Part shown: positions 31,555-40,822 of the stretch, piece by piece
Position numbering within the stretch: position 1 is the first letter of the stretch
Layout: each line of letters opens with the position of its first letter
From: a virus
Taxonomy: Duplodnaviria; Heunggongvirae; Uroviricota; Caudoviricetes
Reading direction: 5' to 3' (one strand)
Length of the DNA stretch: 64,000 nt
Virus record (IMG/VR): IMGVR_UViG_3300013099_000019
Made by a program: the position numbers and the translations under genes
The notes under the pieces: generated by a model
What the model was told of the DNA's origin: nothing
Seen by the model: only the letters and a program-made list of their open reading frames with translations
Databases searched by the model: none

Positions 31555-33303
31555 ATGTGTGGAATTGTAGGAATATTTCCGTTTAATAATTTACAAGATA
31601 AACAAGAACAAGCAAGAAAAGAAGCTGCTTTATTTTTATTTACTGAGCTTTTACAGACTACCAGTGCCAGAGGAGAAGATGCTACAGGTGTAACTACATT
31701 ATTTGAAAATGGGGATTACATGATTCAAAAAATGGGTATCTCTTCTCCTAAATTTATTAGCCGTTTTGGAAATAAGGCAAGTGACTTTGAAGGCTATACA
31801 AGTTTATGTTTAAAAAATGAAAAACGTATAAAAGCTTTGATAGGTCATTGTAGAAAAAGCTCGGTTGGTAATACTTATGATAATGAAAATAACCATCCAA
31901 TTAAAGCAGGAGAAATTGTAGGTATCCATAATGGTACACTTAAAAATCATAATAAAATCTTTAAAAATTTAGAATGTGAAAGAGATGGTGTAGTAGATAG
32001 TGAAGCTATTTTTAGACTGATACAGCATTTCACTAATGATTGTAAAGAACCTCTTACACTTAATATTCTTGAAGAAACTGTACGTCGTTTGGATGGTTCT
32101 TACAGTTGTTTAACTTATAATGCTAATATTCCATATCAAATTGGTATTTTTAGAGATGCAAGACCTATGGAATTTGCTTTAATTAAAGGTTTAAACCTGT
32201 TAGTTGTAGCTTCAGAAAAGAAATTTATTGATAAAGCATTATATGATTACAATAAGTATGCTAAATTATATAAAACAAGTTTTAAAATGATTAAAGCTGC
32301 TGATGTGTCAAATGCTTCTTTTCTTAATAATTATGTGGGTATTATAGATCTTACCCAAAAAATTAATAAAGATACAATTATAAATGATTTAATAATTAAA
32401 AAAGATGTTTTTAAAACTGAAAAAATCTGGAAAAGTACTGATGTATATGATTATTATAATAGACGCAAACAAGTAAAAAATATTAATACAAAAAGTACTA
32501 ATGTAACCACTACTAAAACTACTGGTGTTACCGAAAAAAAGTCGGGTTTGACCTCCACTAGTTTTGCGGAGGGAGATACTACAAAACAAAGTGGTATTGA
32601 AGGAAAAATATTCTGTAAAGAGCTTAATAAGTATATTGATCCTGAATCTGTAGAGTATACTTCAAAAATAGGTTGTGTAGAAATTGCTAATACAGGTAAA
32701 AAAGTATTAAGAATTGAAGAAAATCCTATTATTGACGCTGAATTTATGAAAGTAGCTGATGTGACTCCTCCAAAGATTACTACTAAAGAAGTTGATTTAA
32801 ATGTAGATACAGATATAATTGAGGGTTCAAAAAATTCTAATGACTCTTTATTAAAATATAAAAGTAACGAAGATTTAGCAGAAGATATTGAAGCGAATGA
32901 TGTTAAATCCGTAGAAGCACTTCCAGCTTTCGCTCTAGCAAATAGGATAAGAAAACATGCTTATGAAGCTGCTTTTATAGACGGCGCAACTTTTTATAAA
33001 AAATTAGATGTTAATACTAAATTGGATAAACTGCAAAAAATCCTTAAGTTTTCTAAAAAAATTATAAGAATTTTAGCTTTAAACACTGAATTACGTTCTA
33101 TAAACAATAATAATGATCAATCTAAAAAGTATTGTATGGAAGAGTGTGTAAGAGAAGAAGATACTAAAAAAGAATTAACTACAGAAGATTTAAATAAACT
33201 GGTTTCTACAGGGGATAAAACTGATTGTAAATCTTTAATACTTTTAGAAAAAGCAATAAAAGAGGTTAATGATGGAAAGGCACATACTGCTGGTAAAATC
33301 TAA
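31555..33303 (+). CDS. class-II (Ntn) glutamine amidotransferase domain protein with long low-complexity C-terminal region
   Basis: N-terminal MCGIVGI has the Cys nucleophile at position 2, as in PurF/GlmS/AsnB, followed by ...GHCRKSSVG...HNG. The C-terminal half is Lys/Thr/Asp-rich. Confidence 0.65.
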   Translation: MCGIVGIFPFNNLQDKQEQARKEAALFLFTELLQTTSARGEDATGVTTLFENGDYMIQKMGISSPKFISRFGNKASDFEGYTSLCLKNEKRIKALIGHCRKSSVGNTYDNENNHPIKAGEIVGIHNGTLKNHNKIFKNLECERDGVVDSEAIFRLIQHFTNDCKEPLTLNILEETVRRLDGSYSCLTYNANIPYQIGIFRDARPMEFALIKGLNLLVVASEKKFIDKALYDYNKYAKLYKTSFKMIKAADVSNASFLNNYVGIIDLTQKINKDTIINDLIIKKDVFKTEKIWKSTDVYDYYNRRKQVKNINTKSTNVTTTKTTGVTEKKSGLTSTSFAEGDTTKQSGIEGKIFCKELNKYIDPESVEYTSKIGCVEIANTGKKVLRIEENPIIDAEFMKVADVTPPKITTKEVDLNVDTDIIEGSKNSNDSLLKYKSNEDLAEDIEANDVKSVEALPAFALANRIRKHAYEAAFIDGATFYKKLDVNTKLDKLQKILKFSKKIIRILALNTELRSINNNNDQSKKYCMEECVREEDTKKELTTEDLNKLVSTGDKTDCKSLILLEKAIKEVNDGKAHTAGKI

Positions 33304-33307
33304 TAGT

Positions 33308-34579
33308 ATGGATAATAATAAGAAGGAGGGTAGACAAGAAAATACCCTTCTTCGTGCAGCAAATACTACTAGAGATTACTTAAAACTAGACGCTGATGTT
33401 GTAAAAAATATTCATAGTTCAAAAAATGAATATTCTGATGACTTGTATCCTTTTAAAGCTTATGCTAGAGATATTAAAAGAGTAAAAGAACTACAAGAAG
33501 CAGGTATAATTAAAGAAAAAGATTTAAATAAAGTATGCTTCGTAACAACTAGTACTTTTAATAAATTTACAAAACAGCCTGAAAAACAATTTATTACTGC
33601 AATTTTAGATAAAAATTTTGATAAATTACTTATAGGAACAGACCCAGAATTACTTTTAATGCATAATAACGAAGTAGTTCATGCAAGTAATATACCTAAT
33701 TTCTCAAAACTTTCAAAATTCGGTAGTGACGGTGCCATGGCAGAATTACGCCCTGATCCAGCATTTACATCTAAAGGCCTTGTAGAAAATATACGTAAAT
33801 TATTAACAGATAATGAATTAACAGCTAGCATTAAAAAATATGATTGGTTATCTGCATGTTATTTTGAAAATGCTAATAGAGATTTTCCTGTAGGAACTCA
33901 TTTACATTTTGACAATCCTACAAAAATAAAAAATATTGATATGATGCAAAGAAAACGTTTATTTGCAGTAACCAATAAAATTATTGACGAACTACTTACA
34001 GTACCTATGATACGTTTAGATGGCCTTTCTGGACATAATAGAAGAGCTAAATGTAAAATGAGTCAGGTGGGCGGTTTTGGAAATAACTACGGTGTCGGTT
34101 ATGGATTTTTTGGAGAGTGGCGTGTCTGTGAAGGAAGATTAGAACACAGAAGTTTATCTGGATTAGTAATTTCTGATCCAAAAATTTGTGAGGCTGTGTT
34201 CGGTGTTGGACAAGCTATTGTTGAAGCAGTATACAAAGAAGCCATCAATAACGATTTAAACTCAGAATTTATTTTGCCCAAAAATTTTGATTCTAACACT
34301 ATATATTCAAAACTTTTTAAAGACTGGCAAAAAATTCCGCTAGCAAAGACTTTTAATTGTACAAAAACAACTAATTTTATGCGTAATATTATGGATAAAA
34401 GTTCCAGAGTAGATATTAGTGTTGAGTACATAAAAAGATGGTTAAAAAATATTAGAAAATTACCTACTTACGGAAAATATGAACACAGTGTAGAGTTTTT
34501 AGGAGAATTGTTATCTAAAAATTCAAAATCACTTGATAAATTAGATAAAAACATTAAACATAATTGGGGAATAATATGA
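33308..34579 (+). CDS. GCS2 / glutamine-synthetase-like amidoligase, paralog 4
   Basis: IGTDPELLLMH and VGTHLHFDNP. Start set at the ATG just after the upstream stop. Confidence 0.5.
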   Translation: MDNNKKEGRQENTLLRAANTTRDYLKLDADVVKNIHSSKNEYSDDLYPFKAYARDIKRVKELQEAGIIKEKDLNKVCFVTTSTFNKFTKQPEKQFITAILDKNFDKLLIGTDPELLLMHNNEVVHASNIPNFSKLSKFGSDGAMAELRPDPAFTSKGLVENIRKLLTDNELTASIKKYDWLSACYFENANRDFPVGTHLHFDNPTKIKNIDMMQRKRLFAVTNKIIDELLTVPMIRLDGLSGHNRRAKCKMSQVGGFGNNYGVGYGFFGEWRVCEGRLEHRSLSGLVISDPKICEAVFGVGQAIVEAVYKEAINNDLNSEFILPKNFDSNTIYSKLFKDWQKIPLAKTFNCTKTTNFMRNIMDKSSRVDISVEYIKRWLKNIRKLPTYGKYEHSVEFLGELLSKNSKSLDKLDKNIKHNWGII

Positions 34580-35625
34580 AAAAGACTTATGTATGGTATT
34601 CAGCAGCGACAGATGTTACAGGTAAAAAACTTGCAGAAGAGTTAGGGTGTGAGAGTGGTACTGCACGCCCTGCCGCAAAATTTGATAAAGTTATTTGTTG
34701 GGGAACAAAAACTAAAGATAATGTAAATTTGGCTCCAAAAAAAGTATTTAATCATCCAAATAATATTCAAGTAAACCGTAACAAATTAAGCGCTCTTGTA
34801 AAAATGAAAGATGTAAACTGTAACGTAGCTAGATTTTCTAAAAATGTAGCAGACCTTGAATTTCCTATGATTGCTCGTACAAAATATCATCAGGGCGGTG
34901 CAGGTTTCTGGCTTTGTTTAAATAAAACTCAAGTAACTCAAGCTGCAAAAGAAGGTGCCCAATATTATCAGAAATATATTGATATAAAAGATGAATATCG
35001 ACTACATGTAGTTGATGGTAAAGTAATTTATGCAGTAAAGAAGGTTGCACGTAAAAATCTTAAAGATGCTTTTGTAAATCATTATACAAATTACATTATT
35101 AATTATGCAGGTAAAAATAATATTAATGTAGATGCTGATTCACTTGCTTTTATTCTTAAAAGACTTGCACGTAAAATGGCTACAGGTGTTGATATGATCG
35201 TAAGATCTAACACTCGTGGTTGGAAATTTAGCAAAATTAATATTGAAAATCTTCCTGCTAACTTAAAGGCACAAGCACTTAAAGCTGTAGAAGCTTTAGG
35301 TCTTGACTATGCGGCAGTAGATTGCTGTATTACTGATGCTGATGATGCGTATATTATTGAATGCAATACTGGGCCTGGTCTTGAAGGAAGTTCTTTTGAT
35401 GCTTGGGTAAAAGCACTTATTAAGTTGATAAAACCTAAGGCTGATGCTAAAAAAGTTGTTTTGGCAAAGAAGAAGGTAGTTGGTGTTGGTAAGGAAATAG
35501 CAAAAGATGTTGTTAAAGGAAAACTTAAAGCCAAAGCTAAAATGATGGAAGCTATGGTAGATGCGGCTGATAACGCTCAACTTGAAGCATTAGAAAATCT
35601 TTGGAAAAAAATGGGTATGGCTTAA
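34576..35625 (+). CDS. ATP-grasp ligase (RimK/glutathione-synthetase-like)
   Basis: EYRLHVVDGKVIYAVKK (central ATP-grasp strand), then YAAVDCCITDADDAYIIECNTGPGLEG (the E-x-N Mg/ATP motif), then a Lys/Ala-rich tail. Confidence 0.6.
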   Translation: MKKTYVWYSAATDVTGKKLAEELGCESGTARPAAKFDKVICWGTKTKDNVNLAPKKVFNHPNNIQVNRNKLSALVKMKDVNCNVARFSKNVADLEFPMIARTKYHQGGAGFWLCLNKTQVTQAAKEGAQYYQKYIDIKDEYRLHVVDGKVIYAVKKVARKNLKDAFVNHYTNYIINYAGKNNINVDADSLAFILKRLARKMATGVDMIVRSNTRGWKFSKINIENLPANLKAQALKAVEALGLDYAAVDCCITDADDAYIIECNTGPGLEGSSFDAWVKALIKLIKPKADAKKVVLAKKKVVGVGKEIAKDVVKGKLKAKAKMMEAMVDAADNAQLEALENLWKKMGMA

Positions 35626-35644
35626 TATTTGATAGGGGTGTAGT

Positions 35645-36106
35645 ATGTGTAAATTTACTGTAGCTATAAATACAGAAAGTGTTGCAAAACAAGTAGCTAT
35701 ATTATTAAATAATAATAACAAATTAACCACTCATTACACTCCTTCAAAAATATTAAATAGCAGTACTTCTTATTGTTTAGAATATGGCGGATTTAATGAA
35801 AGAATTAAAGATGGTAGTAGAAAAGTAATAGGCGTAGTAGGTTACTCCTATTTATCTGAAGAAGTCACTTTAATTAAACATTTATGTATTGACAACATAT
35901 ACAGAAATAAAGGTGCAGCTACATCTTTAGTTAAAAAAGTTATAAGTATTTGTCCGACAATGTATGTACAAATGCATGTTAGAAGTAATAATAATGCTTG
36001 TTTATATTTAACTGAAAAACTTGGATTTATGTATATTTATCATAAAACAATGAGTAATTATTATATATTAGTGTTAGGGAGGGAAACGAGTGCTACGAAA
36101 AATTAA
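35645..36106 (+). CDS. GNAT-family N-acetyltransferase-like protein
   Basis: IDNIYRNKGAATSLVKKVI fits the GNAT motif A (R/Q-x-x-G-x-G/A). Length is 153 aa. Confidence 0.45.
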   Translation: MCKFTVAINTESVAKQVAILLNNNNKLTTHYTPSKILNSSTSYCLEYGGFNERIKDGSRKVIGVVGYSYLSEEVTLIKHLCIDNIYRNKGAATSLVKKVISICPTMYVQMHVRSNNNACLYLTEKLGFMYIYHKTMSNYYILVLGRETSATKN

Positions 36107-36125
36107 CTATGTAGAAGTAGAAATA

Positions 36126-36794
36126 ATGTCTACTAGTAATTTAAATTTTGAAAAAAAAGGTTTGCTAACAGGTTTAACAATAGATAATACAAAGGTGTAT
36201 GTTAGAATTTTAGAAAATGCAGTATCTAATTTATATTTTAACACAAGACATTATAGTGTAAAACGTTTAAAAATTGTTCATACTGAAGGTACAGAACAAA
36301 CTTTTTATATGTTAAATAAAAAGGATCAAACAAATGCTGTTAATAATATAAAAGATGTTATTTTAGAAATGCGTGAAAGCGGTCAAGTAGATAGAGAAGG
36401 AGCAGTTATTATGACTAAATATAATGGTTTACCCTCACAATACTTATCTGAAAGGGCAGAAAATTTTAAGAAAAAAACTAATGTATTTGGTCTTAACAAT
36501 CAATTACCTGCAACTACTAAACCTATTTTACCTGCTAAAACTATATATAATACAAAAATATACCAACCTCCTGTAAAAAAAGTTACCTATATTAGAAGAA
36601 AAACTAAGAAGCCTTCTGAAAAATTCTTAGTCTCTATGAAAAAAAAGGTTGCAAAAATTACTGAAGGTATGTATAAAGAAAAGAAATTACCAAAAACAGA
36701 TGAAGTGTATGAACATGTAAAATCTGTAGGACAAAGTATGTATGATGCTGATGATTATGAGTATATGGATGAAAGTAATAGGTTTTACGATTGA
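36126..36794 (+). CDS. hypothetical protein
   Basis: ORF next to the GNAT gene; the start is uncertain (36090 or 36126). Confidence 0.45.
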   Translation: MSTSNLNFEKKGLLTGLTIDNTKVYVRILENAVSNLYFNTRHYSVKRLKIVHTEGTEQTFYMLNKKDQTNAVNNIKDVILEMRESGQVDREGAVIMTKYNGLPSQYLSERAENFKKKTNVFGLNNQLPATTKPILPAKTIYNTKIYQPPVKKVTYIRRKTKKPSEKFLVSMKKKVAKITEGMYKEKKLPKTDEVYEHVKSVGQSMYDADDYEYMDESNRFYD

Positions 36795-36795
36795 A

Positions 36796-37794
36796 ATGGG
36801 GGATACGGTGGGTATTATAGGAAATAAAAATATGAAAAAGCAGATAGATGTAGCAATCGCTTCTGCTAAACAACGTAATACTGCACCTCCCCATATGTTA
36901 TTTTCAGGTCATGCAGGTTGTGGAAAAACATCTATGGCTAAAGAAGTATCTAAAATTTTAGGAGGAGATTTTATATCTGTAATACCAGAAGATATTAAAA
37001 ATCAAAAAACAGTTTTAAATTTATTAGATGCTCTTAATTATGAAGGTTACGACAATAAAGGTAATAGAAAAAATGACATAAAACCCACCGTTATTTTTTT
37101 AGATGAGTGTCATCGATTACCTATGTTTGGACAAGAAAAATTAGGTATAGCTATGGAAAATTTTACTATGGAAACTGGTCAAGCAAATAAATTGTTTTGG
37201 CTTCCTTATTTTACTATAATAGGTGCAACTACAATTGCTGGAGAATTGTCCAAACCATTTCTTGATAGATTTAAACTTAACTTTTTTTTTAATCCTTACG
37301 ATGAAAAAGAATCGTGTAGTATTGTCAAGTACCACGCTAATAAACTTGAAATAGACATAACAAATAAAGCAATACTGGATGTAGCTATAAGAGGTAGAGG
37401 CGTTCCAAGAGTAATGCTTAGGTATCTTGAGTGTTGTAGAGATATGATGTTTGCTGTAAATAGTAAAGTTATTACTAGTGGTTTATCTAGAATTACTTTT
37501 GATAATATGAGAATAGATAAAAAAGGTTTTAATATTGTTGAACTTAAAATATTGAAATCATTATATAATTCAGATAAAGCTGTAGGTTTAGAAACACTAT
37601 CTTTAATAACAGGTGAATCTGCTAAAACAATAAAAAATGAAATTGAAACCTATCTAATAAGAAATGAATACATGGTAAGATCTGGGGCAGGAAGAAGCAT
37701 TACTGCTAAAGGTAGAATGTATTTAGAAGAACAAGGTTATGTAGGTGTAAAGAACGGAAGAGAAACAATTACTGCTAATTATGAGAGGTATTAA
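36796..37794 (+). CDS. RuvB-like AAA+ ATPase (Holliday-junction helicase-like)
   Basis: Walker A GHAGCGKT, Walker B IFLDECHRL, and TIIGATTIAGELSKPFLDRF matching the RuvB sensor region (LIGATTRAG..L..PLRDRF). Confidence 0.7.
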   Translation: MGDTVGIIGNKNMKKQIDVAIASAKQRNTAPPHMLFSGHAGCGKTSMAKEVSKILGGDFISVIPEDIKNQKTVLNLLDALNYEGYDNKGNRKNDIKPTVIFLDECHRLPMFGQEKLGIAMENFTMETGQANKLFWLPYFTIIGATTIAGELSKPFLDRFKLNFFFNPYDEKESCSIVKYHANKLEIDITNKAILDVAIRGRGVPRVMLRYLECCRDMMFAVNSKVITSGLSRITFDNMRIDKKGFNIVELKILKSLYNSDKAVGLETLSLITGESAKTIKNEIETYLIRNEYMVRSGAGRSITAKGRMYLEEQGYVGVKNGRETITANYERY

Positions 37795-38140
37795 GGTGTT
37801 AACTCCTAAAATAGGGTACTTTGCCAAATATAAAGGTAAATGGCATGAAATTTTAAGATTTGATGAAGATTTAGGTACTCAATTACTTAATTTTAAATGG
37901 GTTTGTGCTTCTAAATTTACAGCTATAAAAAAAGCAAAACCTTACGCTTGTCCTGTTTGTGGAAGTCAAATAAAAGTAGACAGAATAGATGACGGAGAAA
38001 CTCATTACATTGTAGATAAAACTACTGGGTTACTCGTAGAAGAGGATAATTGTTCAGACGGATATACAAAAGTATTTTGCGGCAAAGAAGAATCACATGA
38101 ACTTGGAGACCTGGAAGATGGTATTCTTGATCAAATTTAA
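37781..38140 (+). CDS. zinc-ribbon protein
   Basis: CPVCGSQ plus a second Cys pair; 119 aa. Confidence 0.45.
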   Translation: MRGIKVLTPKIGYFAKYKGKWHEILRFDEDLGTQLLNFKWVCASKFTAIKKAKPYACPVCGSQIKVDRIDDGETHYIVDKTTGLLVEEDNCSDGYTKVFCGKEESHELGDLEDGILDQI

Positions 38141-38293
38141 TTAAATATATAGACATGTATTTTTACCATCAAAACTAATTACTAAGTACCGTCATAGATG
38201 AGGAAAAGAATTAGTTAAAAACATAAACATACGTTATAGTCAAGGGTAGTACGCTAACTTTATTTATACAAAAAATCCTATTTTTTAATACCT

Positions 38294-38302
38294 TGGTATA
38301 AT
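38294..38302 (+). promoter_or_regulatory. putative extended -10 promoter element (tggtataat) inside the 386-nt non-coding region
   Basis: TGnTATAAT-like element; no clear -35 box found. Confidence 0.3.
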
Positions 38303-38526
38303 AGGTTGGTAACCTCTCCATCATTGAAAAGAGGGCATATTATTTCTGACAACTATCAGGTAATATGTTAATTTGGTTTTGTTTAGTAGTTAATGTTTAT
38401 CCTAAAAATAGAAACTATTTATAAATAAAGATAGGGAATAATGTTCGAGTCATTATTGTTTATAGGTAAAAAACAGACCCAGTGTGGGGAGGGAAATATC
38501 CCTGCATACCAAAGGAGATTTAAAAA

Positions 38527-38898
38527 ATGCGTTATATTTATTTCGGAAAAGAGAATATTGGAAAAAAACACGGTGTTATCTGTGTCGGTTATAAATTTGA
38601 AGGAGAGCGTGGGCTTAAACTAAGTTTTTGTTTTTGTAGCCCTTTAGACATCTTTTCTAAAAAGAAAGCTCATGCAATTATTGAAGGTCGTATGGAAAAA
38701 GGAAACTCCATTACTGTAAATACTGAGGGTCCCGAAAAACTTAAGTACGAAGAGATTGCTAATATTGCAAAAGATGTTCTTAATGATGCTATGCCTTATG
38801 GTGTACCAAATGTTCGAGCCTATGTAGAAAGTGTTGAGCACAAGAGCACACCGGAAGTTGGTAATGTTAAACTACCCTGGTGGTTTACAGGTATTTAA
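38527..38898 (+). CDS. hypothetical protein
   Basis: AAGGAG RBS 8 nt upstream; 123 aa. Confidence 0.5.
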   Translation: MRYIYFGKENIGKKHGVICVGYKFEGERGLKLSFCFCSPLDIFSKKKAHAIIEGRMEKGNSITVNTEGPEKLKYEEIANIAKDVLNDAMPYGVPNVRAYVESVEHKSTPEVGNVKLPWWFTGI

Positions 38899-38905
38899 TG
38901 TTTAA

Positions 38906-38988
38906 GCAGGCGTGTTGGAATTGGTATACATCGGTGCCTTAGAAGCATCGGCCTATTAGGATTGGGAGTTCGACTCTCCCCGCCTGCA
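38906..38988 (+). tRNA. tRNA-Leu(UAG), type II with long variable arm
   Basis: Acceptor gcaggcg/cgcctgc (7 bp). Anticodon stem ggtgc/gcatc with loop cttagaa (anticodon TAG). Variable arm contains the cct-att-agg hairpin. T arm gggag-ttcgact-ctccc. The D arm is weak. Confidence 0.65.
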
Positions 38989-39011
38989 AAAATTTAATAA
39001 AGGAGTAAAAA

Positions 39012-39416
39012 ATGATTTATGATAAAATAAAAAAAGATATGGTTCAGGCTATGAAGGATCATAATAAGAGTCTTCAAAGTCTTTTAAAAGTTTTAGTATC
39101 AGATATTAATCGTGATCCTAATAAAGATTATTCTGATGTAAAAGCTATTAAAGTAATTAAACAAACTTCTGGAATGCTTTATAGTAATTATGACGCTTTA
39201 GGTATTAGTCAAGATTTAATTGATGCTGAGTATCTTGAACGTGTTTATCTTCCAGCTCAAATTTCAGATGAAGCTATAATTACATTTTTAGATACACTTG
39301 ATTTTTCAAAATTTAAAAATAAAATGCAAGCTATCAGTAAAGTAAAGGCTAATTTTCCTGATGGATCTATTGATGGAGAGGTAGTTAAAAATATTGTACT
39401 AAAGTATGAGTGTTAA
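39012..39416 (+). CDS. hypothetical protein
   Basis: 134-aa ORF with an AGGAG RBS. Confidence 0.45.
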   Translation: MIYDKIKKDMVQAMKDHNKSLQSLLKVLVSDINRDPNKDYSDVKAIKVIKQTSGMLYSNYDALGISQDLIDAEYLERVYLPAQISDEAIITFLDTLDFSKFKNKMQAISKVKANFPDGSIDGEVVKNIVLKYEC

Positions 39417-39985
39417 AAATGGAAGATTTTAAAAAAGAAACTACATTTACGCATTTAGAAATTTGTGAAAAATTAGGTAAAGCTTTAGTTGATCTTAATG
39501 CTGATCAAATAGCTTCTTTATACAATAAAATTTTTATGTCTTATAGTGATTTTGAGTATAAAGGTGATGATAAATATGTTTTAACTGAATATGCTCCTAT
39601 GAAAAAAGGTGAAGGAGACCACATAGTTGTTGGGGCTTATTATGAATTACCTAATGGAAAAATTGCTTATATCTACGGGTATCATGGGTTAAAAAGAGTT
39701 GTATCTTACTACTTTGATGATAATCAAGGTGGAAGAAGTATAAGCTTTGAAAAAGTAAAAAGCTGGAAAAAAAGAAATAAGTTGAAGGATTTTCCTAATG
39801 CTAAAGACCCAAAATTACCTTATGTTTTTGATTTGTTCTGGGATATTAAACATTATTCAGAACTTAAAAATTTAATAGCTGAACACAGTGAAGATTGGTT
39901 AGAACATGAAGGTGTTATTGAAGAAATTGTTAAAAATAAATTGTCAAATAAATTTTTAAGTAATAAAATTATTGACAATTTGTAA
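39410..39985 (+). CDS. hypothetical protein
   Basis: 191-aa ORF overlapping the upstream stop. Confidence 0.45.
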   Translation: MLKMEDFKKETTFTHLEICEKLGKALVDLNADQIASLYNKIFMSYSDFEYKGDDKYVLTEYAPMKKGEGDHIVVGAYYELPNGKIAYIYGYHGLKRVVSYYFDDNQGGRSISFEKVKSWKKRNKLKDFPNAKDPKLPYVFDLFWDIKHYSELKNLIAEHSEDWLEHEGVIEEIVKNKLSNKFLSNKIIDNL

Positions 39986-40006
39986 AAAAAGTAGTATAAT
40001 AAAGTT

Positions 40007-40084
40007 TAGAGATGGTGTATAGTACAGTTACTTCAACTTGTAAATTGACCTGTAAAACTGTACTAGTTTGTTCCTCTCTATTTT
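40007..40084 (+). ncRNA. conserved extended hairpin element, copy 1 (terminator-like; candidate small ncRNA / Y-RNA-like)
   Basis: tagagatgg-tgtat-agtacagt-tacttca...actgtact-agtttgtt-cctctcta-tttt. Two helices (tagagaNgg/cctctcta and agtacagt/actgtact) flank an internal loop. The element is near-identical to the copy at 44317. Confidence 0.6.
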
Positions 40085-40119
40085 ATATAATAAATTAACT
40101 AGGATAAAAGGTAATTAAG

Positions 40120-40314
40120 ATGGCTAAAAAACGAACTGGACCAAAACCTATTACAACTGCTAACATTAAAGATAAATCTTTTATTAAGAAAAAGAAAAAG
40201 ATTAATACTTATACTGTAAAAGAACTTATAGCTTTTGTAGCTTTTCTTAGCAGTAGTTGTCCTAATTCAAAAGTACATATTTCGGCAAAGAAGAGATTAG
40301 CTGAATTGGTGTAG
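40120..40314 (+). CDS. hypothetical basic protein
   Basis: 64-aa ORF. Confidence 0.35.
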   Translation: MAKKRTGPKPITTANIKDKSFIKKKKKINTYTVKELIAFVAFLSSSCPNSKVHISAKKRLAELV

Positions 40315-40316
40315 TA

Positions 40317-40505
40317 ATGATTGTAAAAATTATAGAAACAAACAAAGTGGAATTACATTTTAAATCTTCATGTGAAAATTGTGGAGGTATTACTGCTGGT
40401 GTTGATAATGTAAGTATAACTGATTTAATTGATACTGGTGTACCTATATGTCAAGAATGCGGTGATGATCTTGAACTTAAAGACTTATGTAAAATTAATA
40501 TTTAA
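40317..40505 (+). CDS. zinc-ribbon protein
   Basis: CENCGG...CQECGDD; 62 aa. Confidence 0.35.
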   Translation: MIVKIIETNKVELHFKSSCENCGGITAGVDNVSITDLIDTGVPICQECGDDLELKDLCKINI

Positions 40506-40511
40506 AATTAA

Positions 40512-40588
40512 GCGCCCATAGCTCAGCTGGATAGAGCAACGGCCTTCTAAGCCGTAGGTCGCAGGTTCGAATCCTGCTGGGCGTACCA
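40512..40588 (+). tRNA. tRNA-Arg(UCU) with encoded CCA
   Basis: Cloverleaf gcgccca / gctcagctggatagagc / acggc-cttctaa-gccgt / gcagg-ttcgaat-cctgc / tgggcgt-a-cca. Anticodon is TCT. Confidence 0.8.
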
Positions 40589-40742
40589 GTAGTATCATAG
40601 TCATAAAGTATTTTTTAATGAAAATTAATACTTGTAAAAGGCACTTGTAGTGCATGAACAGTAACTACATTAGTGAAAGTAGTACGTATTTCATAGTGAA
40701 ATTTAAAATTTGGCTTAACTCAACTAAATTTTATACTACTTA

Positions 40743-40812
40743 GAATATATAGCTCAATTGGAAGAGTGATAGGCTTTCCCCTATGACGTAGGTTCAATTC
40801 CTACTATATTCT
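40743..40812 (+). tRNA. tRNA-like gene with non-canonical anticodon arm (possibly Glu-UUC-like)
   Basis: Acceptor gaatata/tatattc (7 bp), D arm gctc..gagt, T arm gtagg-ttcaatt-cctac. The anticodon stem atagg/cctat only pairs if the loop is 6 nt (ctttcc). The variable region is 3 nt. Confidence 0.45.
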
Positions 40813-40822
40813 GAACAAACAT

